Assembly (NCBI RefSeq): GCF_009914755.1
Contig: NC_060937.1
Length of the DNA: 64,000 bases
Direction: 5' to 3' (one strand)
Origin: the human T2T-CHM13v2.0 reference genome, Homo sapiens
The position numbers and the translations under genes are program-made. The notes beneath the pieces were generated by a model that saw only the letters and a program-made list of their open reading frames with translations, did not search any database and was not told where the DNA came from. Shown here piece after piece: positions 61,369 to 64,000 of the stretch. Each line of letters begins with the position of its first letter. Positions within the stretch are counted from its first letter, which is position 1.

Positions 61369-62533
61369 TCAGACATGTAAAATTCCAGTTTCAGCCACCT
61401 ACAAATCATGTACTCTGGGTACTTTACTTATATTTTTAAGCCTCCATTTATTTATCTGTAAAGTGAATATAGTTGAGCAACAGAGACACGTAAGCTTCTA
61501 TACCACTGGTAGAACCCCAGTCTGGAGCATGTTGCCAGCTCACAGGAAGCCAGGCCCCATTCACAAAATATGCCAAAGGGGCAGAATTTGTGTCATTTTA
61601 TGGACTGGAGATTATTATTCTTGTGGACAACTTTCTACAGCTCTGACTTTCCTCCATCTCAGCTAGCAAAGGTGCCCTGTGATTTTCAGTGCCACTGACG
61701 TCCTTTTGTCATGAATGTAAGGAGAAAGAAGGAGCTGCATTGTGGAGTGCACTGGATTTTTTGAGAAAATTTGCTAATCACTAAGGATAATATTGCTGTG
61801 ATGCATAGTGCCTTTATTCATTGTGGGTTTAACTTAATCCATGAACATTGTACATTTCATCATCATTTTTTCAGTTTGTTCCTATTGTTGTACTGGAGTT
61901 GGTGTATGTGAAGACAGCATTATCAAAAAAGAGAAAAGCTTATATCACTTCCTTACTTCTTTAATATCCTCTTCATTTTGGGATGACTTATTTTCCCTCC
62001 GTACCTTTTGCTAAAATCACGTTTAGTTGAAAGTGAGAAAGCAAAGACTATTCTTTGTTTTTCCTTTCTGGTGTCAAAAGCAAAAATTAAAATCAAGGAA
62101 GACACCAATACCATTAAACGTCTGTTATTTAACTCATTAAAATTGTTTGTGTCAATTGAATATTCAAAAATTATTTTCTATTTATGACTTTTATCATTTT
62201 TTATCTTTCTAGAACTAAATAGTTACACTAACCTATAAATATAAACACGAAAAGTTAACTCAGCTAACTCTCTCCTCCAAAATCTTTTTTAAGTACTAAA
62301 ATTCACTCAACAGAAGACAATGATAAGAAATTCACTTATGTAAGACAATTAAGGTTATTTATCCTACACTACAGTAAACCTGTTGATAGCTCTCTAAGGT
62401 TTGTAGCATCTTAAACTTCAATGTACACAATGAGAACTTTTAATTTCTTTCCATTCTTTGGTATGAATTTAATGTTCATTTAGCTGTGAAACACGTGCAC
62501 CTTGTGTGTTGAAATCCACTTCATCTCTTATAG

Positions 62534-62751
62534 CAAGCTTGTCCAACCGGCCCATTGGCCACATGTAGCCCAAGATGGCTTTGAATGTAGCTCAAAACAA
62601 ATTCATAAACTTTCTCAAAAAATTATGAGGGGTTTTTTTGCGATTTTTTAAAGCTCATCAGCTATGGTTAGTGTTAGTGTATTTTATGTGTGGCCCAAGA
62701 CAATTATTTTTCCAAAGTCGCCCAGGGAAGCCCAAAGATTGGACACCCCTC
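62534..62751. mobile_element. MER30 hAT MITE
   Basis: CAAGCTTGTCCAACC...GATTGGACACCCCT; 8-bp TSD TCTTATAG/TCTTAGAG. Confidence 0.9.
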
Positions 62752-62847
62752 TCTTAGAGAGTTTTTCTCTTTCTCACTAAGCAGTGTGCATTCTAACTAC
62801 AGAGGCTCTTTTAAATATTTAGTTCCAGTTACTTAAGATTAATTTAA

Positions 62848-63377
<530 letters not shown>

Positions 63378-64000
63378 ATAAATAAAACATTTTTAACAAA
63401 GCAGTTAAATCATGGTTTTAAATTTATCAAGTGGAAGCTAAACACTTTAATGATGTTATTTACCATCACCATTACAAAGAAAAGCTCATCTTTAACATTT
63501 AGAAATTTTATACATTTTCTTCTTTTCCTTTAAGTTGTATTTCCATTCGTTTTCTCCATTGAACTTTATTTGTATGTAGTGTATTATGCTTGAAAATTAA
63601 AAATCACAAAGTATTTTAATGATTATGCATCAGGCTTTTCTATAACTAATACATGTATATAAATTTTAATATATTCTATATTTTATAAACAATTGATTAA
63701 AACAACATAAATACAATACAAATCACAATGAACATAAAACGAAATTTTACTGTGAATGCATCTCTTGCATGACTTAGATGGGATTAGGTTTCCTTTTTTC
63801 AATTATTCCATATTTCATCTGGCCAGACTGATAAAGGGGTCAGTATCAATTCCGTTGCAATTTTTCATTTTAATTAATGTAATCTCTGAGAAACCTTATA
63901 TAAACAAGTTTTGTTATTGTAGTGTCACTAAATTTTTAAAAAGTTTATGAGCTCTCTGTCAAAATCACATAACCATCTATCCTTAAAAGTTACTTTTTTA

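Overview
AT-rich, CpG-poor primate (human-like) genomic DNA with no CpG island, no RNA gene and no complete protein-coding gene I can recognise. A large share of the window is transposable-element debris: about 13 Alu copies or fragments, L1 relics of several ages, MaLR/ERVL/ERV1 LTRs, an ERVL pol relic, hAT and Tigger MITEs, MIR and L2. Almost every ORF in the supplied track is repeat-derived or a chance ORF. Subfamily names come from my recollection of consensus sequences, and the boundaries of old repeats are approximate. I found no evidence of a novel biological system. The most interesting signals are structural: (1) a ~350-bp, ~90%-identical inverted duplication (34866-35217 / 38481-38841) bracketing a 5'-inverted L1PA; (2) a 54-bp locally templated insertion inside an MLT1 LTR; (3) two 5'-inverted L1s of very different age; (4) candidate + strand terminal exons (13931 and 19870) and a nearby 50-nt candidate - strand exon, none of which I can assign to a gene.
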